From Microbotryum violaceum (taxonomy: Eukaryota): 64,000 nt of DNA. Shown here one piece after another: positions 1 through 12,705 of the stretch (positions are counted from its first letter, which is position 1; the number at the start of each line of letters is the position of its first letter). The translations under genes and the position numbers were made by a program. Where the stretch lies: the NCBI GenBank assembly GCA_001244265.2, contig CDLV01000005.1:930001-994000 (forward strand). The letters are read 5' to 3'. Below the pieces are notes generated by a model. It was not told where the DNA came from, made no database searches, and saw only the letters and a program-made list of their open reading frames with translations.

Positions 1-1108
1 TAAATTTTCAAGGCCTTATTGAACCATTAGAGTCGGAATCCAGCCTCTCATTGCTTCTAACAGCTGTCCCGCGGTGCCAGAAAGATTTTGACCTCGGGCC
101 GTGGGGGATGACAGCACTCAGTCCGATACCAAGCGAAGGTGGCAGGGCACGACGACATTGCGCCGGGATCGACCATTTTCTTTTTTTTAAAAAAACCTGA
201 AAAATTTGACTAATAGTAGTGTAAATATATCAAAGCCTAGAAGAGTCGGAAAGGTCGCAGGATATGCATTCAGGCACATGTCTGGCCACTTTTTTGTCTG
301 CATTCCTTCCGGATGTAATCGGCTTTTCCAAAAAATATTCAACTTTTGAAAGCAGACTGAAGCGTCATTGAAAGCTCCGGGCCAAAACATCTTTTGAGGA
401 GGCAGCGGGAATTTCCCCAACTACTTATTAAATGATGGCGGCAGCACCGGTGCTCACTGGACACCGGTTTGAAAATGAGGGCCGTGCGTGGCCAGAGTTG
501 ACCGCACGTGACGATTTCCCAAAGCGACTCCGTGACGTACTTTTGTAACCAGAAAAAGCCAACTGTCGGTGTGATTGTCTGCTTGCAAAATCCATCGACC
601 ACGGTGAACAGACACGATGAGCCTGTGGATGCTGGACTCGCTATGATTGAATTCGCTGGCTCGGGAGTACCGCATCGATAATGCCAGGGCGAACCAATCG
701 ACGATCATAAGTCCCTCCGAGTGGATCGCCGCGCTGGAGCCGCGCGCCGCATTGCGAGCGCTTTTCGGTGCTTTCTCCGGTCCGTTATGCCTCGCCGCTC
801 ACCAGTTGGCTTGCTCCTCTCAGCGGGGAATCATTTCATCGGGCCGCCCGTCCAGAGGAAAAGCACTGGGAGATTCAACAGCCGAAAGTCTCCTCTTGGG
901 TCGGACTTCATGCTTTCTCCTTCTTTTCCTTCTTTCGTCCCTTACCTCTGACTTACTCTTCGATCTCTTCTCGCGACGAAGCGTTCAGGTTCGACTCCCG
1001 GTTCGGCCTCTCACGCACGCGCCCGCACTTTGACCCCTCTCGCTCCCAGCTCGCTCTTCGCAACGACCCCCTTTCCCCTACCTCTCCCACACTACATTTG
1101 CTCCAACA

Positions 1109-2636
1109 ATGTCTGACAGTGGCTCTGTTACCGGCGTCAAAGCTGCTGGACCCGATGTCCCGAAGCGACAACAATACTTTGCCTTTGGTCTCGTTACCTC
1201 CCTCTTCTTCCTGTGGGTTTGCTTCGGTAGGGCTCGCTGTCAATGCCGAGCGAACAGCTCCTGACCGAGACGCGCTTCCGTCCTGGTCCGGTTCTCTACA
1301 GGTGGGGGTTCTCTTACGGTCTCCTCGATGTGTGAGTATGACCCAAAAGGCTCTTCCGGGTAGTTCTTATTTCGGAAAGCTGACCTTCAGATTGTATGTC
1401 ACTCCACGCAGCCTGAACAAGCATTTCCAGACAGTCTTCGGGATCACCAAGCTCCAGTCGACCATGATTCAGGTCGCCTACTTCGGTGCCTACGTTGTCT
1501 ACTCACCCATTTGCGGTCAATTTATCTCCAAGTTTGGCTACAAGAAAGGTATCTACATGGGTCTTGGGCTCTACTGCATCGGCGCGCTCGGTTTCTGGCC
1601 CTCGGCCAAGTTCCAGAAGTACGGTGGCTTCGTCGCGTCGGCTTTTATCATCGCGTGCGGTCTCGCCACACTCGAAGTCTGCGCCAACTCTTACGTCACC
1701 GTCCTCGGCTCGCCCGAACAAGCCGCTTTCCGTCTCAACTTCTCGCAATCTTTTAATGGTCTGGCGTCGTTCGTGGGCCCATTGATCGCGTCTAAGTTTT
1801 TCTTCGGCGACGAGAAGGCGCGGAACTCGCTCGGCGCCGTCCAGTGGGTGTACCTCGCTGTCGCCTGCATGGGTGCTTCCGTCATGGTCCTCTTCTCCTT
1901 CGCGACGCTTCCCGAGATATCTGAAAGTGACATGATCGAGCAGCAAGCCGCCGCCGGTTACATCGATGACCGACCACTCTACAAGCGCCGCCACACCGTC
2001 TTCGGCTTCCTCGCGCAGTGGCTGTACGTCGGTGCTCAGGTCAACGTCGCGACCTTCGCCATCAATTACCTCACCGACAAGAACGACTTCACGACCTCGC
2101 GCGCCTCGCAGCTCTTCGGATTCATGCAAATCACCTTCATGGTTGGTCGCTTCGCCTCGACCCCTCTGTTGCGCATCTTCAACCCTGCCACTATCTTGGC
2201 TGTATACGGTGCCATGTGCTCCATCTTCACGCTCATCGCAACGCTCAAGGGTGGCAAGACCGGTCTCGCTAGCTTGTTCATCGTCTTCTTCTTCGAGTCG
2301 GTGTGCTACGCCACCACTTTCACCCTAGCGACGTGCAACCTCGGCAAGTGGACCAAGCGAGGTGGTTCGCTCATCGTGATGGGTGTGGGTGGAGGAGCCA
2401 TGTTCCCCCCTATACAAGGCGTGATAGCCGATCACAAGGGTACTCAAGTTTCCTACATTATTCCCTTCATTGGGTTCCTCTGCGTCTTTGCGTACGGTCT
2501 CGGCATGCGCTGGTACTTGGCCAAATTCGACAACCACGTTCCTAATCTCGATACGGCGATCCCGATGCTCGGCCGAATCGACTCTGACAAGGCGTCCACC
2601 GACGTGAAGGCCGAAGGGACTGAATTTCGACCATAG
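1109..2636 (+). CDS. MFS sugar transporter, L-fucose/glucose-galactose permease (FucP-like); 3 exons
   Basis: ATG at 1109 (MSDSGSVTG...FAFGLVTSLFFL) and two GT-AG introns give the spliced motif LFFLWGFSYGLLDVLNKHFQ. It continues with ...GLATLEVCANSYV...RLNFSQSFNG...LYVGAQV, typical of the FucP family, with many hydrophobic helices. Confidence 0.9.
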
Positions 2637-3019
2637 ACGCCTCCCAACTTTGTCCGCTTCTTCTGGGGTGTCCGTTTCTGTCTCTTATTCATATAGTAGT
2701 TTTCAGAGCTCTCGGGCGTCGGTGTCATTTTCTCGGATAAGTCAGACGGGGTCGGGTCCTTCCGGCCTGGTAGACCGGACCGTTACCACGTAGTGTGAGC
2801 TGCTTTTGGAGCCCTCGAAGCATGGGACATATTCAACAAATAAGGCATTTCATTTGCCCCATACACTTGAAGAGAGATAGCTTCTTGGACCTATGAGCTG
2901 AAAAACCCAGACAGCGCCTTGACGGGGACCGTGCGAGACTCTCGCGTGTCAAGGTGAGCCAGCGAGCTGTCTGTGTCTCGTCTTGGCTTTCGCCCCACCC
3001 CACCCCACACACTCCAATC

Positions 3020-3933
3020 ATGCCTGCAGTACGTACCTATCTGCCCAACTCCTAGAAGCGTCTGTCTGTACACAAAGCTGACCTTGCTTCCCTGCACCAC
3101 TGCCCGTCGACCCCCGACCGCGACCACGTCCAACCTACGCCCCGACCAGAATCTGTACCTGCAGCAGATCACCTGCGTCCTGCTGATCGACAGCGACTCG
3201 AACCGATTGTTGGCCAAGTACTACCAACCGGCGCAGATGGATGCCAAGGCGCCAGCGCCGTCGGGCTCGACCAAGCACGCGTTGCATTCGCTCAAGGACC
3301 AGAGAGCGTTCGAGCAGGCCATCTGGGACAAGACACGTCGAGCGAGTGGTCAGTGTACCGTCAATCACGGTCTGCTAGGTGGAGAGTCCGCCTGTGCTGA
3401 TACAGGTAGGCAATGTGCCCCCACAGGCGACATCCTGCTGTACAACAACCACCTCGTCCTGTACAAGCCTTCGATCGACCTTACCTTCTACGTGGTCGGC
3501 CCCGAGGGCGAGAACGAGTTGATGCTGCAGGGCGTACTCAACGCCTTCTACGACGCTGTATCGCTCTTGCTGAGGCACCAAGTCGAGAAACGCGCCATCC
3601 TCGAGAATTTGGATTTGGTCGTCCTTGCTTTGGACGAGACGGTCGACAACGGGTACGTGGCTGCGCGCCGAAAGGTCCCTCAGGGGGCTTTCTAAACCTT
3701 CCTTTCGGTGGCAATGAGCGCCACGAACCATCACGATGCTGACAGTCGACTCTGCCTTGTGTTTTCTTCACAGAATCATCTTGGAAACGGATGCGATCGC
3801 CATCGCCTCGCGCGTGTCCCGACCACGCCCCGACGCCGGCGTGAACCTCAGCGACATTACGCTCAATGAACAGACGCTCCTGGCCGCCTTTTCGAGCGTC
3901 AGGGATCGGTTGGGTCAGCGTATTCTGTCATGA
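3020..3933 (+). CDS. RET3: Coatomer (COPI) zeta subunit; 4 exons
   Basis: VLLIDSDSNRLLAKYY, QRAFEQAIWDKT, ENELMLQGVL...[32 protein letters not shown]...IASRVS is the clathrin adaptor small-chain/zeta-COP signature. Confidence 0.92.
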
Positions 3934-4278
3934 TGGGTGGTGTGGGGTGCAGTGTTCGCTTTCGTACGCCGAGGGGCGACATTTTCCGCCGGCGCGTGTC
4001 GGCCGGGGATGGGCCTGTCTGCACAAACGAGAATGTTCTCTCTGGATAACGAGCCATGTGTGTGTAATTCTACCTACCGATATGATGTAAACGATGTGGG
4101 GCAGTCGATGTAATCACGGACGCGTGCCTGGCCCGTCCGCGCTCGCCAGCACTCGCCGATCATCGATCATCCTAGAAGAGTCGCCCCCACACTAGACTTT
4201 CGCAACCGGCTCCGCTCCGCTCCTCGGCTTGCCTTGATCCCACGCCCTTCCTTCTCCGCCCAAGGCCCGACCCATTCA

Positions 4279-5909
4279 ATGGCATCAACTTCCTCCAACC
4301 CGATCCCACCCGAAGCCGGGTTCCCTCCCCTGACCAAAGCAGATGTGATCGCCTGTGCGTTCTCGTCCTGGTACCCGACCTTTCGACGGCACTCCCCCAA
4401 AGCGACGGTGATCGCGCCTCTTTCGGACGAGTTCATCGATTACTTGCAGAGCGATGGCGTGTTCTTACCCGAGGGAAGTGGTCCTATGGGGTTAGTCGGG
4501 CGAAGAATGATCAACTCGGCGTGCTTCAGCGACCGTGTGCTGATCGACTCAACTTCATCAACCCCCTGTCCCCGATGTCCGGAACAATCCGCGCACTCTC
4601 GACACCCCCACGAACTCGAATCGATCGCCAATCCTACAGGATCAGCGAATTGAGCGATTCGGAAGACGGCGAATCAGCGAATGGGACCGAATCGAGTGAC
4701 GATCAATCCTGGCAGGTCAGCTTCCCCAAACTCGACAGCGAGATTCGCGACGTCCTCTTCAAGTACGACGGGGCCGCGTTCCCGAAATTGAATTGGTCGT
4801 CTCCGAGGGTGAGTCCTGTTGGTTGGTTTCAGGCTATGAGAACGAAGTCGAAAACTTTGACTTTCCGGTTCATTTTGATTAGGACGCCGCGTGGATGCTA
4901 CCCGGACAAAATCTTAAATGCCAGAACCCAGCCGACGTCTACCTTTTGCTCAAATCGTCCGATTTCATCACCCATGATCTGGATCACGCTTTCGATCTAT
5001 GTGTCGAGCACACACCCTCAACGCTTTCGGACTCATGGGCGGCACCGGAGGAAGGGCTGACTGAGGGTGCGGGGGCTTTGACTCTGAGCGACGAAGATTC
5101 GGACGAGAAGCGCGAGGGACGACGAATAAGGAGTAGGGAAACTCATTCGTCGTATCCTTTCGAACTCGTGCTGAAGAAGTGGTACGATATTCCGACGTCG
5201 CAGGAGTGGAGGTGTTTTGTGCGGGATAAGCAATTAATTGGTGAGTGGAGTGGTGGTTCGAGCAGACTCGCGGAGGAAGAGATGATCGGTTCTTGCTCAT
5301 CACCTTACGTTACAATATGTGAACCCATCATACAGCTATTTCGCAACGGGACACGAACTACTACGACTTTCTACAACCCGACTCCGTCATGGAGGAACTC
5401 GAGGACCAAATCTCGGACTTTTTCGAAAAGGAGATCCAGCCCGTTTTCCCGTCCACGAATTGTGAGTTGCACCACGACTCGCACAACAAATTCAAGGGTT
5501 GCTGATTCAACTATCTAATATGACAATGAAAGATGTTTTTGATCTATACCTGACCCGAGCTGGCGATCGTTTCTTTATCCTCGACTTCAACCCTTACTCG
5601 AGCACGACCGACGCGCTCCTGTTCACCTGGTCCGAACTAAACGAAATCGTCATCCCCACCTCCGATGGCTCGCGTACATCGACCCTTCCCGAGATACGCA
5701 TTGTCACCTCCGCAGCCATGTCAGCGAACCAAGCCTTGCCGGCTTTTTCCCACAACCGGTACCCGAAGGATGTCGTCGAATTGAGCGACGGGGCGAGTAT
5801 TGCCGAGTTTGCCAAAGAGTGGGCGGCCAAGTTGGAGAAGGGCGTTTTGGATGGGTTGAAACAGGACGAGGACGGACGTGACGAGGTGGAGGAGTTGGCG
5901 GGTCGGTGA
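4279..5909 (+). CDS. CDC123: Cdc123/D123 ATP-grasp protein (eIF2 assembly factor); multi-exon
   Basis: CAFSSWYPTFR, FPKLNWSSPRDAAW, DVYLLLKSSDFITHDL, ELVLKKW...EWRCFVR...ISQRD, FILDFNPY...TDALLFTWSEL. Confidence 0.92.
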
Positions 5910-6298
5910 TTCCTTTGGTGTGCGGTGCTTGGTTTTGGCCTGTAGCCGAGAGCATCGAGTCGGTGAAAATGAGAATGTGAATGAGAATTCCAGCTAGTCT
6001 ACAAAGAGAGACGACCCTTATCGGGCGCTGGTGGGAGGTGGTCAATTTTTCGACGAGCTGAGTGAACGCATTCAGCGAAAAAAACACGGTCTTCGACTTG
6101 GTTGGTATTCGACTTGGTTAGAATCATTGACCTTTTATTCACTGTACGTATCGCTTACAGGTCCGACGAGAAAACGCTAGTATGGGACTGCAACTTTTGG
6201 CCACCTTTGTATTTATAACCTTCGACGCTCGAGCGCTGAGCCGGCTCGTCCGTTCGCGTCCGACTAACCGCATCAACCGGGTGCGCACCCAAGCCACG

Positions 6299-9200
6299 AT
6301 GGCAGACCGGTCACCGTACGGGAAGCCACAGACACTGGCGAACCGCATGAGCTCCAATGCCGGCGAGACGTCGTACCATTTCCAAGTCCGACCCAAAGTC
6401 TACCATCAACAACCATCGGTGCCTCGCAGCGTCGGTGCCTCGGCGGGTAACCTGAGCTTGGGCAACCACTCGGTCGATGGGCGACTCGCACGACCTGCGT
6501 CGTCAACCCAGCCTACCTCGATCGCCGCCACGCCGGGCTCAGCGTTCAGCAAGTCGAGCACCTCGATCGTGCATCGACTGGACGATTTCCAGCCCAACGA
6601 AGGCACCATACGCACGAGCGCGCCTCCGCATATCGTCTCCGCCGCCGCCTCGACCTCCCACACAGCGGGCTCAGGCTCAGGCGCAGGCTCAGGCTCAGGC
6701 TCGGGCTCAGGCGCAGGCTCAGCTTCAGCGTCGACATCGACATTGAGCTCCTACAACGATTCGGCACCGTTGCAAATTGCGAGACCGCGTAACTCGGGTG
6801 CCAACTACAAGACAAACGTCGCCGGTGGATGGAACGACTCGGCTGTACCCCGCGCGCCCATCTCGATCAACGGCAACGCCAATGGCGGCAGCAGCGGTAG
6901 TCTGCTCGACCGGGTCACCGGTGGCCCCGGGGCAGCCTCGCCATCTCGTACGAACGGCATCGCCAACAGCAATGGCACCGATGTGGGTGGTCTGGCTAAT
7001 CGGATAGGCACGTCGAGGTACTCGCCCACGTCCGAGAGGCGCAGTCGTCCCTCGTCCCCCCATCGCGCGTCGTCGATCCCGCTCAAAGACCGCATGCCCT
7101 CGATCAGCCACGACCGAGCGCCTTCGAACCAGTCCTCTCGCGGCCCGACACCACCGCTTCCCCTCACGCACAATCCACCGGCCGCGACGACGGCGACGAC
7201 GGCGACGACGACGAGCACCTCCTCGACATTGCGCGATCGTCTTGCCGCCTCCATCTCCTCCAGCAAGGCCGATCGTCGCGACGACGAGGATTACGTCGAT
7301 CGACGCTGTCGCAGCCTGCTCGAGCGACACTCGGAGCTTGACAGCATCAACCCGCGCCGCTTGCGCGTCGTGACCGTGTCGAATCTACCCCCAAATGTGT
7401 CGCGTGATGATGTTTATGACAACATGTCGCTTTACGGTGACATTGACTGCCTCACTATCAACTCTGACCACGCTCAGCCCGGCCAGCCGCAGTTCAAATC
7501 CGCCGACGTCCGCTTCAAGCACGCCGACGATGCGGCCTGCGCAGTCAAGATCGGCAACATGAGTCGCTTCTGGGCCAGGTCAGCCACCAGTCAGTTCTAC
7601 AAGATTGTCAAAGTGACCTTCATGAAACCCGCTCCTCCCGGTGGTTCATCTGCCCCCTCGTCCCTACCACCTAAATCGACCGTCTCGAGCTCGGCGACGG
7701 CGACGGCCCCAAATCGCAACAGCACCTCGTCAGCGCCTACAAGTGCTCCACCACTCGTCCCGACTGAACCAGCTGCGTCAAAACCGATCTCTGCGACCAC
7801 GCGTGCTCCCGAGACTGCCCCTGCTGTGGTCGGTCAAAGGAGCCTCGTATCCGAGTCGGCCCCCTCTCGTCCGTTCGCACCAAAGCCCGCGGTCGGTCGG
7901 TCCCGCTCATCTTCGGGAACACCGCCGCTCCCCAGTGGTGACCAAATAACGACTCCAGCACGACCTGCCTCGGCTCTGCCTCTTCCTTCGCAACCCGCGG
8001 TGACGGTACCCCCTGGTCTATCGGCGCCTGCCCCTGTTGTACCGCCGTCCGTCGCTCGGTCGGTGATCGATCCCCAGCATCCGAGAATTGTGTTCCCGTT
8101 CTCCAAATTTCCGCCTCAATCTGGTTCCACAAACCCCTTCTCCAGTGCGCCGAATTCATCCAGTGTGGCCGAGCCCGCTGCCTCAAAAGGAGGCGCTGGC
8201 GCATCGTCAGCATCCGCGAATGGCGCGACTTCTGCTCCGAGACCTCCTCAGACGCCTCAAACTACGGTGAGCTTCACTCCTGCTCCGGTGAGCACAGCTG
8301 CTGCTGCGATTCCGCAGCCGACTCCTGCATCCGCGACTTCGAATCCGGCGCCTTCACCTGTCGCCGAGCCACAACCGAGCCAGCTGGACAAATTCACCGT
8401 ATGCGGGCACGACTTTGTCAAAGCCGCGGTGCCACCCGGAACTGCTGCTGTGTTGCCCAAAACTGCCACCCTTGCTTTCAGCTCTCCCACGTACAAGAAC
8501 GCGCATACCTCGATCGGATCCAAAATCGGCAACGGCATCTCGCTCCATCTCTCGCAGTGCGGATTCGTCGTCATGCGCATCTCATGGTGGCGCGACGTAA
8601 ATGCCCCGAAGCCCGGTCAAGGCCTGATGATTGCCCAAGTCGTACCCAAGTCGGCACCGGACCAGATTATGAGAATGGCGAGCGCTGCATTCAACAAGGC
8701 CAACAGTGCTCCGCCCGCTGGGATCCCTATAGCGGTACCTTCAAACTCCAGCAAACGGCCTCGAACTGGTGGCTTGGCGTCTTCGACTGTTTCGAAATCG
8801 ACCCCTGTCACCAGTAGCGACAAGCGAGCTCGGATAGGCCCTGCACCCATGGCTCCAGCGACACCCGTCGAAGATGTGCCGATGATCATGCTCGACGACG
8901 ACGCTCGTATTGTGCGCATCGAGCTACCCGAATCGGCGCGTGGTCCGACTCCCGCCGCGGCCAAGGCACGCAAGGTGCTGCGCAAGCAGCATACGAAGAG
9001 GATTAATTCGGAGGGGACGATCGTTTTGAGCGCTGTGTGAGTTCCCACCACAGCGGGGATCCGAGCTAGCTGGCCCAGTACTGACGAGGACCACTTTTCA
9101 TCACAGCTTCAAAGGCGATGTGCTCGAGATTGCGTACGAAGTCGATGACGACGACGAGGAGGAGGTTGAGGGCGATGTGGCGCAACCATCGGCAGCCAGT

Positions 9201-12200
9201 GCGACCCCGCAACAACCCGCGCCTGCGGTCCTTGCGACCAGAAGGGAGTCGTCCGTCAGCAACGTCGATGAGGATATCAAGCCCGATAAGAACGCTCTTT
9301 CCCGCGTTGACCCAAATGACGAAGAGTTGGATATGATCATGTCTGAGCCAGAGATACCCGAGCCTAACCCCGTCTACTTCCCTCGCGAGATCAGGGTCGT
9401 CTGCACCGCTGACTCGATCGAGACTCAAAAGGCCGTCGAAAGCTTTATCGACGATTTCTTCACTCGCTTCGATTCAGATCGGGTCTCGCTACAATACCTC
9501 TACCACCTCGAAAGCGCGTTCTCGGTTCGCGTTGTGCCGAATGTCCCGCCTCGCATGCAAGGGATGTACCAGCACGTGCATCCTTTCCAGCGCAAGTTTA
9601 TGGTCGCGGCGGGCAAGACCTACCTCACCCCGACCGCCATCGCCAATGCGATCGTCAAGCTGCCGGCCGGGTCCCACGACATTGGGAACCTCATCTACGA
9701 CGCGCGCGTCGTCAGTGATCTCCGACGTGGTCTGCCGCCGAGTCGGCTCGTTCCCATCGTCCTGCATCTGCATGGAACGTTCGAAGAGTTCCCCGAGCAC
9801 ATTGTGCGCAAGATCACTCGCACATTCGTCCTCGTCCCTCGTGACGCCAGCACCGGCGGGCTCAACATGCAGCGGTCGCCCTACGTCATCAAGACGGATC
9901 AGCTCGTCTTTTCGCACTACGACCCTAAAGCGCCGACGCAGCTTCTCGTCGACCCTGCTCAAGGTCCCTTCGTCAAGAACCAAGGGCAAGGGAGCGGCTC
10001 GCCGAGGAAGAAGCGGGTCAGCGAGAGCGCGAACACCGGCCCGCCTTCGATGGGAAACGCGCCCATCTCGCAGGTGCCTACGTTCCGCAAGCAAACACCT
10101 CTGCAACCGCTCGCGCAAGCGCCAGTCCCAGGTCCAGAACCACCTGTTGCCGTGGCTTCCGGCACCCGTGGCTCTGAGACGGTCGAGCCTAACAATGCCC
10201 CCGTTCCGCAAGCCGGCCCCTCCAACCCTACCCCCGCACCTGTCTCGGGGCTCGCTCCTTCCCTCTTCAGCGCTCGCACGACTCCTGCTCGCGCGAACCC
10301 TGATGTGCTCGTCATCTCGGACTCGTCCGACGATTCCGACTCGGGCAGTGATGCCGCCAGCTCGGGCACGCCAGAACCAGTATCTCGACCCCGCGTACCT
10401 GTGCACTCGCCGCCGAACCCACTTCAGGGACTTCCGCCCCCGATCCTGCGCCCTCGAGGTACATCTGAGTCTTCTTCCTCTTCTCGACAAGAATCGATGC
10501 CTGTGGACGAGATCGACGATGGCGACAGCGACACGCCGGACCAGCCGAGTGTCGACGTCGGCAAAAAGAAGAAAAATAAGTCGGCTGTCACCCCGGTAGC
10601 TACATCCACGGTGACGCTCTCGGTACAGCAGATGGAGCGGTTGGTCGCGAAGCAGGTGCGAGCCGTGATGCGGGAACAGGAACGCGAGCGTGAGCGCAAG
10701 AAGAAACGGAAGCGTCGCCGCGCGCGTTCTGACTCGGATGACTCGGACGACGACAGTGACAAGGAAGCCGATTCGGATGACGATGACTGCAATGAGGATG
10801 AGGAGGAGGGGGATAGTGACATCGTCATTGCTGATGGTCAGTTGGCATCGGTTTCAGGTCATCGCAGCGACGTCTCGTCGACGGCGCGTGCAAAGAAGCG
10901 ATCCAAGGACAAGAACCACTCGGTTGCGACCGCGGCCGCGAATTTGGCCAGTCCTTCCGGCAGCGATGGTCGTATTGCCATCTCGATTGGCACTTCAGCC
11001 ATGCCGCACGGCTACGATGGCAAGAGCAACAAGATGCGATGGATGATTGACATTGGATCCTCTTTCTTGGGTGTCTCGATGTGGGGGGACGTGATCGAGT
11101 GGACGGGCAAGGTCGGCCCGAACGCCGTGCGCAAGTTGCATGAGAGCAAGGGCAAGACGTTCGCCGTCGACGACATCGCTTTCTCGCGCAACAAGAACGT
11201 GCTGGTCGTACCTTACCTTGGTGGCAAGATCGACAAGGCCGGTACCACGCCAAAGAATCAGGTCACGTTATACGAGCGCAAGGTCGATCGTCAAGGCCTT
11301 TCCAAAGTGATCGAAAGCCCTCTTTTTGCGCAACCACATGGTAGGGGTGGTATCACAGCAACAATGGTTCTCCCTGGTGCCGCGTCGGCTCGATTGCAGT
11401 TCATCACTGCTGGTGAAGACAAGATGTAAGTGCCCACTTTGGTCGTCTGCTTCGGAGCCACTGAAGCCTCATCCCAAGTTCGTGCACTATGGTGCAGGAT
11501 GTACCTTTGGACGCGCGCTCGTTCCGACCGCTCAATCTCGACCGAACGACTACCTTGCGAACACACGTCGACCATCACCTCCCTTGATCACCTTGCATCG
11601 GACAGTTGGCTGATCTCGGGAGGCGCCGATAAACGAGTGAGTTTGGATGGCGAGCGTATTTTCTCGATCGTAAATTGCCCATTGACCATTCGTTCCTTTG
11701 TTGTCTCGTGCAGGTCGTCGCAACGAACATTGAACAAAGGCGAAACATGTGGTCGGCTCTGCTCCCGAATCCCGTCTACTCGGTCGAGCCTTCGTGAGTT
11801 TTTCAGCGTCATGATCTGGGCTGTCTGCCTTATCTCGAACTAAAAACCCCATTTTTATTCGACGCAGACCTATTAACCCACACCTCATCCTTGCGCGGCA
11901 AAGCTCATCCTCGGATCAGTTCCGTCTGTACGACACGCGCCAGTCGGGAGCGGGACCGGCAGTGTTGACCTTTGGATTCCCTCTCGCGCCACGGGCGATC
12001 TCGACTTCGAGTGTTCCGGTTGCGCCGAATCTGGGCCGGTACTACGCGGGCTCGCCCTTGCGCGAGTTTGCTTATGCGTTCCCAGACTTGCAGCAAGGGG
12101 TCAAACTGTGGGATCTGCGCAAGGCAACGAGCGCGATCGGTGGGGATGGAGCGGGTTCGTCTTCTTTGGTGCCGAGGATGCAGAGCATGCACGGTGTGGC

Positions 12201-12288
12201 GAGTAGCAAGGTGGTGCAGGTGCTGTGTCGCAACGACGAGCTTGCTTTGATGGAACAGCAAGGTTTCACCTCTGTTCGGATTCGATAG
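6299..12288 (+). CDS. Large (~1,900 aa) protein: disordered N-terminus + RRM + NXF1/Mex67-type NTF2-like domain + acidic/basic NLS region + WD40-like C-terminus; 5 exons
   Basis: ORFs 6182-9040 and 9120-11429 join in frame through intron 9037-9106 (GTGAGT...CACAG), with further introns near 11426, 11637 and 11795. RRM: VVTVSNLPPNVSRDDVYDNMSLYGDI...ADVRF. NTF2L: FIDDFFTRFDSDRVSLQYLY...HGTFEE...RTFVLVP...IKTDQL. WD-like: HTSTITSL...LISGGADKRV, VKLWDLRK. Confidence 0.8.
6668..6723 (+). repeat. (GGCTCA)n-type hexamer repeat encoding a Gly-Ser linker
   Basis: ggctcaggctcaggcgcaggctcaggctcaggctcgggctcaggcgcaggctca translates as GSGSGAGSGSGSGSGAGS. Confidence 0.85.
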
Positions 12289-12705
12289 GCGGCTCGGTCC
12301 GTTGGGGCACACTTGGGGGTGTCGTGCCTGCTTTTCTTCGTTTTAGCTCACAGGGGTTGCTTGGTCTGTTTTTAGATTTGCTAACTTCTGATTTATGTTA
12401 TGTTATTTCTGTTAGTTTAGGGGGTAGTGCTTGCACAGGCTGCGCTCAGAAGTTGTTTTTTGCACAATGTCACGTCCCATGTTACGATAGTATTTCATCG
12501 CGAGATACAAGCCTTATGTGACGATGTGTTGTACTCTTGAAGCCAGCACCATGTGAGACGTGAGACATATCTTGCGACGCGCGTCGATTTGTGAGCGCGC
12601 GCCGGAAACAGCCGTCGCGTTGACTTCGGCTCTTCCCCCTCGGTCCCTCTGTCTCCGTCTTCGTCTCCGTTTGCCCGTTCGACCTTCGCGGGCTTGGATC
12701 GGGTC

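Noticed and set aside
63-190. Imperfect hairpin (GCTGTC-CCGCGG / CCGTGG-GACAGC) followed by a T-run, as a possible Pol III ncRNA
   Set aside because: It has only two 6-bp stems and no recognisable snRNA, tRNA, SRP or snoRNA motif. An Rfam scan would be needed.
170-440. AT-rich patch as a possible transposon relic
   Set aside because: There are no terminal repeats or transposase/RT-like peptide. It is compatible with ordinary promoter DNA.
768-1410. N-terminal ~215 aa of the 622-aa ORF
   Set aside because: It is a fortuitous open frame through the UTR and introns. The conserved FucP N-terminus is recovered only from ATG 1109 with two introns.
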